A DNA stretch of 64,000 bases from Phaeosaccion multiseriatum. Lineage: Eukaryota; Protista; Ochrophyta, other classes. Positions 35,133-55,702 of this stretch are shown piece by piece. The notes below the pieces were generated by a model. It saw only the letters and a program-made list of their open reading frames with translations, searched no databases and was not told the origin of the DNA. Made by a program: the position numbers and the translations under genes. The stretch covers positions 2,418,001-2,482,000 of the forward strand of contig OZ218952.1 in assembly GCA_965112735.1 (NCBI GenBank), read 5' to 3'. Position 1 is the stretch's first letter. The number at the start of each line of letters is the position of its first letter.

Positions 35133-35745
35133 CCCTGCTGCTGCTACTGCTGCTGCTGCCCTTTGCCCCGTCGGCGCCGAAGGAGGAAGGGGGTTCCCCT
35201 CCTGCAGAAGCTGACTGCGATCGCACCGTACCCTCTCCTTCCCCTCCTGCTTCTCCTCCATCCCCCTCTTCCCCGGCACTGTCTCCTCCACCCTCTAGGA
35301 CTGCTATTGCTGCCGCTGCTGTTTCTGCGGCTGCCTCTGAGGCTGTTACGACCGATGTGTCTGCTCCCCCGCTAGAAGAGCTGCTTTCCCGCGATCCTGT
35401 CGCCCCGGAGAAGCCTTCCTGCTGTCCCATTGACGCGGGTGGGGATGGGCAGGGAGAGGCGATGATTTGGGCTGCTGTGCGGGTTCTCAAGGACCCTGGC
35501 ACGGCAACCGCCTTCTTCCCTTTGCCAGCCCCCCCGGATCCACCTCCTGATCCCCATATTCGACTCTCTTTCGTGTTGTGATGGTGACTATACCGGCCCT
35601 TCCTCTCCCGCTGCTCTTTTTGCTCCGACTGGGGCGGCGGCGGCGGCGGCGATTCCTGCGCTCCGCTCCCTGCTCTCCACCTGAAGAGCGAGTCAAATAA
35701 CGATTCGGTCTCGACAGGAGGGCTGTCATCGGGGGGAGGCCCCAT
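32482..35745 (-). CDS. TBC-domain Rab GTPase-activating protein (TBC1D22/Gyp1 family), multi-exon
   Basis: ELRKLSW|NGIP..RAKVWQLLVGYLP, QILVDVPR, IWAIRHPATGYVQGI, EADTYWCLTKLLDNIQDHYT, QFGFRWMNCLLMRELP..RAWDTY and FLQTLPTKEW. Confidence 0.93.
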
Positions 35746-36038
35746 CCCCTCAAGCCTTGAGAGATGGCTTGTCTCCCAAGGGCCAGGGCAGTTAAGCTGG
35801 AAGAAAGGGAGATGCCGCCCCTGTGTTACCCACTGCTGCTGGACGCTTGTTGGCCTGGGCGCTACTACAGCTCCATCTGCAGCTGATGCTGTAGCCTCAA
35901 GTGCCGTGTGCGCCTCACTCTGATGGAGCGAGAGACAGAGCGCGTATGGGAGGGGAAATCGATTGGAAATCTCTGCACGAGCCTATTGCATAGGGCAGGG
36001 CTCAAGCACGCAGATTTCGGAAAAACTATATCAAGATC

Positions 36039-38658
36039 ATGAGGCTTAGCCAAAGGATCGCGCTGGCAGTGCTTGCAACAGGTATATCCAACTCGTGCTG
36101 TTAGCTCTGCTGTTAGTGGTGTTGGTTGTGGTGGTGGTATGCTGCAAGGGACGTAGTTGGTCGCTCTCTGAGGACTGCCGCCTGACTCCTCCCCCCTCTC
36201 CACCTTCCCCTACTCCTCGTGTGTGCTTCTGTTCTGGCATCGACCGCCTCAGCACCTTGCTGCAAAGCCTTTGTGCCTGTCGCTGTGAGAACCACAGGGC
36301 CCAGTGCAGGGGGGTGTGGGGTGGTTTCGGCAGGACGGGCAACACCAGCATCTACGACTGCGTCATGTAGCCCCTGCAGAGCAGTGCCAGCAGCTGGCAC
36401 GCACGTCCGAAGAGAGGGGAATAGGAGAGTCGTGCTGCGGCAGACCATGTCTGATGCGGAGATGGAGGAGGATCAGGTGAGCGTGGAGGAGACTGCAAGT
36501 CAAGGGAGATGAAGGACGAGGCTGCCTCCTCGTATGGCGTGAAGGCGTCACATTTCCTGGAGTTTGCGGGCGACTCTATATTGCAGGGTGCTGCTCTAGC
36601 TTGCCTTCAGCTCAACTCCTAACTTGCTACATGAACTTGCCTTAAACTCACAGCTCCTAAGCCCCCAATCCATGTCTGTGCCTCTTTGCCCTCTCACAGG
36701 CCCTGATCGCTCGAGTGGCGGCGGAGGTGATGGAGCAGGACGGAGTCGGCCTTGACCAGCTCATCAACCCCTCCAAGGTGAGTGGGTGAGTGAGTGCGAG
36801 GGTGGGTGGGTGGGTGAGTGGGTGAGTGAGGGGGTGGGGAGGGTGGGTGGGTGAGTGAATGGGAGGGTGGGTGGGTGGGTGAGTGAGTGAGTGGGTGAGT
36901 GAGTGGATGGGTGGCCGGGGGAGGGTGGATGGGTAAGTGAGTGAATGGGTGGGGTGGTGGGTGGAAGGGTGGGTGCGTTGCTGTGGTTGGTTGGGTGGCA
37001 GTGTGTTCTTTGTGTTGGTCTTCTCGCGGGGAGGGCCAAGGGGTGGTTGGGTGGGCGAAACCCTGCAGTGGTGAGCAAGTACTACACTACCTCGCTTGTG
37101 TCACAGCCTGTCTGTCTGGCCTCTAAGCTCATCTCCCCGTCTCCGGATCACCCCCAATCTCTCTCTCTCTCTTCCCTTTCTCTCTCTCTCTATCCACTCC
37201 CACCCCCCTTCCCTCCCAAAGGTCATCAACTTGGAGCGAGAGCTGGCCAAACTGCAGAAGGAGATGGAGGTGGTGGGCGCGGACTCCTCCGTCCTCTCTG
37301 CTGAGATGGACAAGATCCAGGCCAAGCTCAGCGTGGAGAAGAGGGCGGTCATGAGAGACTGGTACGTACGCAGTCATGTCATCCTTGGCGAGGAGCAATA
37401 TCCTCTTTTAAAGGCACCCCTCTCTCTACCCGCCATCACCACATAAACATCTCCCTCCCCGCGTGCCTGTTCCTCTCCTTGGGCCTCCATCAACCCCTCG
37501 TCTCCCCTATCTTTCCTCCCATCCCGACCTTTGCTTCACTCTGCTCGACGGTCTGCTTTCCTCGCTGCAAACAACAAAAGGCTCAAAACCATTTTCGTAG
37601 GACAGTCAGTGCTGGCAACGTTCATCGCCGGCCTGATGGTGTATGACAAGGTTCCTGGCTTCGAACACGTGGACCTGGTGGTTCGAGTCCTGGGCTTTTG
37701 GTGCATATGGCTCTTTGTCGTGCCATCCCTGCGAGCGAGGAAGCCGAGCAACCCAGCGGAGAAGGTGCGTGTGTGTGTGCGTGCGTGCGTGCGTGCGTGG
37801 GTGCGTGCTTATGTTGTTGCTGGCTCTCGATCGATCGATAACTGGACATGACGATGGTGGGGGCGGGGATGAGTTACGTTTTGGTACAGTACCATTTTGA
37901 GTTATTCCTTTGAGGGATGAGAGGGTGTGCTGCTGCTGCTGCTGTCACGGCCAGTTTCTCGCGTTGGGTGGCCTTGAGGTGGTGGTTCTGACTGTAGGTT
38001 GCTGGTTTGCACACGACCTTCTCGGTTCCCCGGGCCTCCTTCCTTTGTTCGTTCCTTCCTTCGTTCCTTCCTTCCTTCCTTCCTTCCTTCCTTCCTTCCT
38101 TCCTTCCTTCCTTCCTTCCTTCCTTCCTTCCTTCCTTCCTTCCTTCCTCCTTCCGTTCCTTCCTTCCCTCCTTCCTTCGTTCGTTCGTTCGTTCCTTCTT
38201 CTTCCTTCCTTCCTTCCGTCCGTCCGTCCGTTCGTTCGTTCGTTCGTTCTTTCGTTCTTGCCTCTTCCTTCTTTCCTTCCTTCCTTCCTTCCTTCCTTCC
38301 TTCCTTCCTTCCTTCCTTCCTTCCTCTCCCCCCCCCCTTCGCCACTTCCCTGGCCCTCCTGTTTACCACGCCATGTAACTTCCTGACGGACTCATGCACC
38401 CCCCCACCTTCGGTACACCAGACGGCACTCAATGCGGCCTTCATCGCCACTCCATTGACCAACTTGCTCGCGCCCTTCGTGACCAAGGATCCCGTGAGCA
38501 TATACTGGGCCAACATTGCTGTTGTAGGGGCGTGCTACGCGTGGGGATTTGCCAGTGGAGGGCAAGAGGGGGATGATGACAACCAACCGGAATGGCTCAA
38601 GTTTGCCATGAAAGCACTGGACTTTGGCTCTGGCAAGGAGAGAGGAGCGAGGAAGTGA
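36039..38658 (+). CDS. Plastid-targeted membrane protein, RESISTANCE TO PHYTOPHTHORA 1 (RPH1)-like, multi-exon
   Basis: Exons 36039-36081 and 36253-36476 splice to MRLSQRIALAVLATAPCCKA|FVP (signal peptide plus ASAFAP-like motif). C-terminal WCIWLFVVPSLRARKP..EK|TALNAAFIATPLTNLLAPF..K...IYWAN matches the RPH1 pattern. Confidence 0.75.
38036..38325. repeat. (TTCC)n/(TTCG)n compound microsatellite, intronic
   Basis: Seen directly. Confidence 0.9.
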
Positions 38659-40033
38659 GGCTAGCGAGCCTGACCTTGCCTGATACGACAGGGCATGAAT
38701 AGAAAGTAGGCATGAAAATGGCGTCTTGACGGCTTGGGGAAGGGGGGGGTGGGTGCTTCTTAGGTGGTCGGCTCCTTTGAATGGTGTGTATGGATCCCCA
38801 CTCAAGGTATCCAACTCGTCTATAGGGTTGGCATTTATGTCCACTCATCCGAGAAAAAGACAATAGAGAGAGGGGGGGGGCGTACTGAGGCTGTATGCCT
38901 CGAAACGAGACACGTATATAATACTATACTATTTACATCAATCGTCTACAGTTGTACCTTCCTTCCTTGTTCTACCCTTTTCGATCATCGATCAAGTACT
39001 TGTACGTCTATTACTACAATCGCGACTGCAACAACTCCTACCACCACACGTTTGCTTTCCCTGCCCTGAAGCAGACGAATGGGTTGCTCAGACAACCACC
39101 AAGACATCGTAGATCTTCACCTTCTCATCGCCCGCATACCCACTGACTCAGCAGATGCGCTTGTCGACCAAGCGGATCTTGCGGAGGCAGGCACTCGCTG
39201 TGGGAGATGGCCACTGTATCACCGACTGCTTGCTGCCGTTGCTGCCGCTGCTACCGTCATGCCGTGTTGCGTCACTGGCTACTGGTGCTATTACCGCTGC
39301 TGCCGCTGCTGCTGGCTGCTGCTGCCACCTCGGCTAGTTGCTGCCTTGGTGGCCCTACTTTGGGCCGTGCACTTACCAACGCGTGATTCCTCTCGAACGA
39401 CGGTGAGCGCGAGAGGGTCGGTTGCCTGAGCACCTGCGTTTCTTCTTTCCTGCTCACCTCCTCAGTCCGTGAGTGGCCAAGCAACAAGCAAGAAGACCGT
39501 GTCGCCCACTTTGTGTCCCAATGACCACACATTCACGGCGAGGCTTTCCCTCTGCCGGGCGCCCTCCACTCCTCCCTCCTGCCGCTTCTGCTGCGCGAAG
39601 CAGCGGGGCGCGCTTCAATCCTTGTAATTGATGGACCCTTCTCAGAACAGAAAGGGCAACGCTGAAAGACCCCGCCCGCGTGCGTATCCCCCCCAGCCAT
39701 GGCAGCTTACGGCATCAGCGCTTTGGTGGAAGGTTGGCCTCCCCACTCCTCCTCCACAAAAAGCGGCTTAGAAGCCCCCCTCAAGTGGGTGGAAGCCAAC
39801 TGGGCCTCGCTGCTGCTGCTGGCCTGAGCTATTAGCAGCTTCGTGCGGCAACAATGTCGTTTCAAAGTAGGGAGGGAGGGAGCCAGGAGCGGGGGCAGAT
39901 CGCAAAGCGGTTAGGCGTTGGGGCATGGCCTTCAGCGCTCCCTTTGCCACCGCTTCCATACCCCTCTCTCTCTTTCTCTCTCGCGCGCACTCTCTCTTCT
40001 CCCCCCTCCTTCTTTCCCTCTCTACCAAAATGC

Positions 40034-41098
40034 TCAGGACACAATGCAGCACTTTCTGGCGCTCTCGAGCCTCTTGATCTCCTCCTCAAGCTCCTTGACG
40101 AGAACGTCGTGGCGCCTGCCTTCTCTCTTCATGCGACGTTCGAGACGCTCCTTCTGCTCCTTCTCGTCTTCCAACTGAGCCTCTGTGTTGCCGAGCTGAG
40201 CACTGTGCAGCTTTGCCTTCTCCCTCAGTCTCGCATTGTCCTCCACAATGTCTCTGCCGAAGAGGCGCCGCAGGACTTTCCTGCGCGCAGCCTAGAATTT
40301 TACACACAGACACCCACACAGACACACACGACGCACACAAGGCTGCGTGAGTGCCACTGTACTTTTTCGACATGATCTACGACGATTCGCTCTTTACACT
40401 CATGAACAGCAATAGGGACGCTTGCTTAGCGGGGGAGAAAACGAAAGCGCAACGAGAGTCAGCCACGTATGAACGCATGTATACGCCAGCCCTCCCTGGA
40501 AACCCACCTACTCACATCCTTTGTCGTCATGGCCTCCGCGAGCAGTTCCCAGTCTTCGTCAGCCTCTCCGCACCTCATTCGCAGAATGCGATTCTTCACA
40601 TGGCACGCCATCGAAAAAAAAGGGACAGATGTAAGAAGTCTGCTGCAAAGAGGCTTGTCAACAACGAAAGAAAGAGGCCACTGACCTCCAGTCTGAGCAT
40701 GGCCAGCTCACCCAGGGCGTCTTCGACCTCATAAAAGCCGCTCTGCTCCAGCGCCTGAGACAAAGAAGGTAGTGGTAGGTCAGCAAGGGAGCCTTCTTGG
40801 AGCACCAGGGGCCGGGAAGGCAAACACGGTATGATAACTGTCTCACCTGCGTCTTGAGGCGTCCCGCATGCCGATAAAGAGCACAATCAGCCTCGATGGT
40901 CGCCGCATCGAGATCTGCCCCACCTCCCCCCCAGGTAGCCCCAAACTCGTCGGTCATGGACAGAGCAGTGGTGCCCTTCACCACAGACGGCCGCCGCCGC
41001 TGCTGCTGCTTCTGGCTGAAGCTCGTTGCAGCCAGAGGGCTTGCCGGCGTCAGCGTGTCAAAGAAGCTCGAGCCACCTTCTCGACTATTTGGAGCCAT
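40034..41098 (-). CDS. Hypothetical coiled-coil protein, multi-exon, ending in a CaaX-like KCCIVS
   Basis: Approximate exons 41098-40846, 40755-40687, 40595-40517 and 40291-40034 with GT-AG borders. Heptad-rich LEEEIKRLE. Confidence 0.55.
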
Positions 41099-41234
41099 GA
41101 TCTCCAGCGGCTTTCGCCCCTTTGTAGAGCAGTTAAGGGGGGTAGTACAACACGCGAGGGGCGTCGTGTTGTCACAGATTTTGGAGCAGACAGACAGATA
41201 GACAAATCGTCAAATCCACAAAAGAATAAGGGCA

Positions 41235-44200
41235 ATGAAAACGAAAGATGACAATGCCAAGGAGCAGCAGAAGCAGGAGGAGGAGGAGGGGGGTGGTTTG
41301 GGTGAGATGGTCAATGTCCAGGAGTTGGAAGCATGGCCGACGGAGCGGCTGGGGCCCTTCGAAAAGGCAATAGAGAAAGTGCTTGCGAATACGGACATGA
41401 TCATCATGAGCCTGGACGGAGGACTTCCCTCAGGTGCGCTTTCCTCGTTTCTGCACTGTGTACGGTCCTGGCCTGCTGAGTGTGCTAACTCTCTTCCGCG
41501 CCCAATCCATCCACTCCCACACTCCCCCACGCCCCCCCCCCCCCCTTCTTGCGCAGGAGAGGGTAACCACGAATTGGACTACCGACAGACCCTCTTAGCC
41601 ATCGCTCGGAGCTTCGTAGAGGGCGCTACGCTCTTTGTGTGTCAGGATGAGGAGCAGGAGCAGGTGAGAGTGGTTGAGGGTGGACGGAAGGCGGAAGGGC
41701 TTCCCCCCGCGCAACTTTGGCCAAACTTCGTGCACCTAGCGTAATAATAGAACACACACGACGTGCGCCGACGCCGTTTGCGCAAAGAGAGTTGTTCTCT
41801 CGGGAATCTTTGGGGAGACGCTGTGTCTGACACCATACACTCACTCCCACCCTTCTACACATCCCCCCTCACTCCCACCCTTCTCACCTCCCCCTTCCAC
41901 CAGGCGGTCCTTATACGCGTGAGAAGCGCTCGCGTGTGCCCCGACGGCGAGATGCCGCTCGTTGAAGTGGGCTGGGGCACGCAGACGAAGGCCAATTTCA
42001 CAGGCGAGATCTAACATGCGATGCTCCTCATCCAAAGGGAGCGGACACATGAGTGATGGATGGATAAACAGGGTTGGGCAACAGCAAAGGGATCGCGATG
42101 GTCTTCTGCTTCGTTTATTGTGTTGATACGTCGTCTTCCTCTCTTTTCTCTCTCGCGTCATGGCCACACACACCAAGCTTGCCGTGTCGTGCGGACGCCA
42201 ATGCTTTTTTGCTTTGGTTTGAGTAGAAGTGAATAGGTACATAAATACTGCCGTTGGTGTGGCATCGATGGGTGGGGTGGAAGCGCTTCCTCCATCGCGA
42301 TGTCGTGCACATTCCCTTATACCCGTACTCTCTCTCCCTCTCACTCACTCTCTCTCTCACAGGTCACGGAGACGACTACGGAAGGCTGATTCAATTTGAG
42401 CTTGAGGCCGCAAGGCAGAGCCCCGCTGGGAACAGAGGCGTTGTCTCAGTAAGGGGGGACGAAGGCAGGGGCGGAGGAGGGAGGGAAGGAAGGAAGGAGG
42501 GAAGGAAGGAAGGAAGGAAGGAAGGACGGAGGGAACGAAGGAAGAAAGACAGGTCGCTCTCTCTCTCCCTCTCTCTTCGTCTCTCGTACTCACTCACTCA
42601 CACACGCACACACACACATAACACACACTTGGTCTACAGATCAAATCAACGCTGGAGGAGCAGGAGATAATGCTTAAGGCCTTGCGAAAGAACGAGAAAC
42701 GTGTCATCCAGAACGAAGGCGACGAAGGAGGGGGAGGGGGAAAGAAGGGCAACAAGTCCCGAGGGGGGAAGAACAAGGTGGGTTTAGGAGCAAGCGAAAG
42801 GGGGAGAGGCAAGGAGAAGAGTAGGAGAGGGAAGGGAATAGGGGAGGAGGAGAGGGGGACAGAGGGAAGTAAGAGGGAAGGAGAAAGGGACAGGCGACGG
42901 GATAGGAGAGAAGGAGATAGGCGCGAGAGAAAGGGCGAAGGGGTATTGGTGATGATAAGACGATGAAGTGGTCCGTTCCTTCCATCGCCGCAAGAGCCTA
43001 TGGAATATCTTCTGCCTCCTCCCCCACTCCCCTTCTTGTATCTGTACCCCCACCCACGCCCACGCTTACACCCACACCCACACCCACACCCACGCTCGCG
43101 CCCACACCCCCTTTTTTTGATGTCATCCCCTCAGCAGAAGAAGAGCCCCAACCCGCACCCCGATCCCGACCAAAGCCCCAACTTCCCGCCCCCCAGCATC
43201 TCGTCCGAGCACGAGCTCGCCACCCTCCGACCGTCCTTCCTCGTACCCCCCAAAGCACCGCCGAACAACTATGAGAAGAAGGCCCACCGGCCCAAGACGA
43301 AGTGCGCTGTGTGCTCGTCCCCTGCCGGCTTCTCCTGCTCGGTGTGCAAGAGCATGTATTACTGCTGCAGGGACCACCAGACTCAGCACTGGAAAGAGAA
43401 GCACAAGTGAGAGTACACATGGGGGTTAGGCAGGTCGACAGGTCGGCGGGTCGAGATGTTTTGTTGCGAGGTCGATGTGAGCAACCCAGGCAGCAAGCTT
43501 CACAGCCTCCTGATGGGCTCTTCATTGACCCTCCCTCCTCCATCCATATTATCCCGGCGACGGGCTCGTCACTTCACTTCACTCACACCGCTTCCTCTCT
43601 CTTTTCGACGCGACCGCGACTGCGACTGCGACTCCACTCCACTCGACTCAGGCTTGTCTGTGGCAAGAACAGGGGCGCCGGGGCTGGAAAAGAGGCAGGA
43701 GCAGGAGCAAGAGGAGGGGGCAGCAAGGGAGCTCAGAGCAAGGCCAAGGCAAGCAGCAAGAGCATCGACGAGCCTCCGGACGAGGCTGTCCTTGCCTCTC
43801 TGCCCAGTGCATCCATCCCCTTTCAAGCCCCGGAGGATGGGCCCCTCGGGAGTACGCCGCAGCTGGCGAACATCTCCAGGTGATGGGTGGATGGCAATGG
43901 ATGCGTGGATGGCAGTGGATGGGTGAATGGCAATGGATGGATGGGTGGGTGGGTGGGTTGATGGATTGATACGCTACCCCCCCCCCTTGTGATTGTGATG
44001 CATGGACCGGAGACGGGAGGGAAAACAAGATCTCTTTCCGACCTACTCACACAATCACCAACTGCTGCTGTTGCTGTACCGCTGCTTTTGAACCAACCAA
44101 CTGCTGATCCTGCCAAAAAAGGCACGTGGGCACAACTCCTGCGCGTGACCTCGCCAAGCTTGATCGAAACATACACGCCGACAAGCTCTTCGCAGGTCAG

Positions 44201-44699
44201 TGGAGAGGGGGGAGGACTGTGAGTTTATTGTGTGGCGGTTCCCCTCGCCTTCTCTCTCTCCCTCTCGCCTTCTCTCTCTCTCCCTCTCGCCTTCTCTCTC
44301 CCTTCCTCTCGCCTTCTCTCTCTCCCTATCTCTCCCGGGGGCGAGTCTGCACTCATCATCCCCCCCCGTTAGTGTGCGTGTGCGTGTGTCCCCCTGTTCG
44401 CTGCTGTGTGAATTGATGTACGTATCACCAACTGCTTCTCCTGGACCCCCTCAGTGAAAGTGCAAGTACCGATCATGCCCATGGGGGACGGCGGCGCCAT
44501 TTGCATTTACGACCGAGAACGCTCCTTCCAGCGCATCTACTTTGCCGCGGAAGATCGAGAGGAGTACGCCAAGTTATCCACAACTTGCAAACAGGAGGGC
44601 ACCCTCGGCGGGCTCAAAATCTACCTTTGGGCAGTGAGGGAGGGTGTTAACATTCGCATCTTCTTGGACCCCGTCATTGCCCCCCAAGAAGACTGGTGA
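41235..44699 (+). CDS. MYND zinc-finger protein with a conserved C-terminal domain, multi-exon
   Basis: CAVCSSPAGFSCSVCKSMYYCCRDHQTQHWKEKHK|LVC (MYND). C-terminus NIHADKLFA|VKVQ..IYDRERSF..GGLKIYLWA.R..IFLD..W*. Upstream exons link in frame; one intron is GC-AG. Confidence 0.8.
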
Positions 44700-45435
44700 A
44701 AGATTTCTCTTCTCTCATCGTATCCTCTGGGTTGAAGAATCTCTTCCAAGGGGGGACGACGCTCTCTGGCGACGAATATTTCTCTCTCCTTCCCTCTCCC
44801 TCTCTCCTTCTCTCTATCGTCCTCTGTCTCTCCTTGTGCCCCTATCTCTCCCTCTCGGGTGCAGCCAAGTGGCAATTGCTTGCCTCATTTTAACACTCGA
44901 TTTGCGTAAGAATCGCCCAAAGTTATCGGGCGGCAAGGGCGAGTGCTCCTGCGGAAACGCTGAAAACTAGGGAAGGAAGGAAGGGTCGAAAGACGAGAGA
45001 CTATGTGTCGGTAGGCATCTCAGAGAGCTACACGAAGAGCTTCTACATAGCGCTTCTCCCACCATCATTTTGCTGTCCAAAAACTTTATTCAGGCGATTT
45101 GCACGATTTTTGCGCAAATCGAGTGCAACAAATTATTTTTTGCAACAAATTTTTTTTTATTTCGTGCTGAAAAAACGAAAGGCATTTACTCTCGCGTCTA
45201 ATCATTTGAACTCCACCCCCCCGCCTTGTGCCTTCTGCTGCACTCCGATCACCACAAAGCCACACGCCACCTGCCCGCCACGCACATTACTCTCAACACT
45301 CTCCACCGAGCGTACGACTCACCCAGTCACCTCACTCACTCACTGAACAAGTCACTCACTCATTCAAATTTACCACTCACTCATTCCTCAACAAGTCACT
45401 CAACTCAAAAAAAAAAAAAAAAACTGCCCACAAAT

Positions 45436-53524
<8,089 letters not shown>

Positions 53525-54021
53525 CTCTCCTCCTTTGCGCCGGTGTCAGGGACTGCCCTCCCTCCTCCTCTCCCTCCCTCTCGCCCTCCCCTCTTCTCTA
53601 CTTTTGCACCAGCGGCAGGACTCGAGAGGAGGGAAAACCTGTGTCTCTTTCGGTCTCCCCTCTTACTCTACTTTTGCGCCAGCGGAGGATTGCCGTCCGC
53701 AAAAGAAGCGAGGCCCTTTATTCGGGCATATACTTAATACGCTTCCCTGTGTGTCCCCGCCGCTGCTCTACAATTATCTCGACCTACTCTCGACTCCAGA
53801 CTCCAAGGATCGCGCAGTAAGTCAAGGATGTGCCAAATCGTTACTTTTAGGACTTCTGTTACGTTCTCTTCGGCTCCAGACTTCGACCAGACTGGCCTAG
53901 AAGCCTATGCTCTAGGCCCTAGGCCAAGCGGCCGTTGGACGCTCTAGGCCTAGGCCGGCGGCCGTTGGCCGCTCTAGGCCGGCCATTTTTCTCTCTAGGC
54001 CGGCGGTTCTAGGCCTAGGCC

Positions 54022-54120
54022 TTGACCTATCTGATTACTGATTATGGCGCCAGCCCGAGGAAATGGCCGGCGCCAATTATGATTACGGCCGGCGCACACC
54101 GTAATCTTGTCCAGGGTCGA
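54022..54120. mobile_element. Nested MITE copy 1, left TIR partly deleted
   Basis: Ends TAATCTTGTCCAGGGTCGA; shares GATTACTGATTA/CCGGCGC repeats with 54716-54906. Confidence 0.7.
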
Positions 54121-54715
54121 AGGGAGGGAGGGAGGGAGGGAGGGAGGGAGGGAGGGGGGGAGGGAGGGAGGGAGGGAGGGAGGGAGGGAGGGAGGGAGGG
54201 AGGGAGGGAGGGAGGGAGGGAGGGAGGGAGGGAGGGAGGGAGGGAGGGAGGGAGGGAGGGAGGGAGGGAGGGAGGGAGGGAGGGAGGGAGGGAGGGAGGG
54301 AGGGAGGGAGGGAGGGAGGGAGGGAGGGAGGGAGGGAGGGAGGGAGGGAGGGAGGGAGGGAGGGAGGGAGGGAGGGAGGGAGGGAGGGAGGGAGGGAGGG
54401 AGGGAGGGAGGGAGGGAGGGAGGGAGGGAGGGAGGGAGGGAGGGAGGGAGGGAGGGAGGGAGGGAGGGAGGGAGGGAGGGAGGGAGGGAGGGAGGGAGGG
54501 AGGGAGGGAGGGAGGGAGGGAGGGAGGGAGGGAGGGAGGGAGGGAGGGAGGGAGGGAGGGAGGGAGGGAGGGAGGGAGGGAGGGAGGGAGGGAGGGAGGG
54601 AGGGAGGGAGGGAGGGAGGGAGGGAGGGAGGGAGGGAGAGAGGGAGGGAGGGAGGGAGGGAGGGAGGGAGGGAGGGAGGGAGGGAGGGAGGGAGGGGAGG
54701 GAGGGAGGGAGGGAG
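54121..54715. repeat. (AGGG)n microsatellite between the two nested MITEs
   Basis: Seen directly. Confidence 0.95.
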
Positions 54716-54906
54716 TCGACCCTGGACAAGATTATCTGATTACTGACTACGGCCGGCGCAGCCGGCCTGATTACTGATTGTGACCGGCGCCAGCCGGCCT
54801 GGTTGCTTACAGCCGGTGACCAGCCGGCCTGATTACTGATTATGCGCCAGCCGGGGGCTGATTACTGATTACGGCCGGCGCACACCGTAATATTGTCCAG
54901 GGTCGG
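54716..54906. mobile_element. Nested MITE copy 2, about 191 bp
   Basis: Left TCGACCCTGGACAAGATTA and right TAATATTGTCCAGGGTCGG match at 17/19 as an inverted repeat. Internal GATTACTGA repeats. Confidence 0.8.
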
Positions 54907-55702
54907 TCTAGGCCTAGGCTTCTAGGCCAGTCTGGAGCCGATTCTCTGACTTCTGATATCGACTTCTCGCTTCTCGCAAGCCTTTGGGTGGTTGGCAAGA
55001 AGGATATCAATCTGCTAAGGTAAGAGGTCCTTGTTGGCGAAAGGGCTCTCCCACAAGGTCTCTCCACAAGGCTGGAACTGAAACTGGATTGCCCCTTGGC
55101 CCATGCAATGAAATAGCCCTGATGTTCCATCGGAGTTCTGCAGCCTCCGCTGTCGGTAGCACACACAACACAGGCAGAGAGAGAGGGAGCAATGTCGCGG
55201 GGAAGCTGATGCTCATGTAGTAACACTATTGATGAGTGTATTTAAGGTCTTACGAGATGCCAGACGACAAGACACGCGTGGAGGACAAAAGTGCCACCCC
55301 ACCCAAGGTCCAATCCATATCAGCCCCCACACACGACAGCGTCTAGCTACACAAGAAAGACGCAAAGAGAGGTCACCATCGCGGCCCTACACGTGGGGCA
55401 CTTTTGCCGCTGACCACAGTCCTATGGGTACAGCTCTCGAGACACCTCCCCAGCAGATGAACACCCCTTCTCCTGTATCACCAACTGCTGCGGCATGCGC
55501 TTCGGCCCGACTCGGTCCTGCCGCGGCGGCTCTTGCTGCGGGGAAGAGTCACCCCCACCCCGCCCCAGAGTCTCCAAAGCCAGGGCCAGGGGGACGTCTA
55601 GCAAGGAAGGTCGTGCGCAGCTAGCTCAGAAGGTAGGACACTCGGCGGGCTTGTCTACGCAGCAGTACCGAGCGTCAGGTGTGTCAAGTGGGAAAAAATC
55701 GA

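Larger units (their letters stand above)
53870..54941. mobile_element. MITE with 27-bp TIRs and 6-bp TSD, carrying nested inserts
   Basis: Right TIR 54915-54941 is the reverse complement of TCGGCTCCAGACTGGCCTAGAAGCCTA. Left TIR 53870-53907 is identical apart from an 11-bp insert. TSD TTCTCT (53864-53869 / 54942-54947). Internal CTAGGCC repeats as in the 14782 MITE. Confidence 0.88.
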
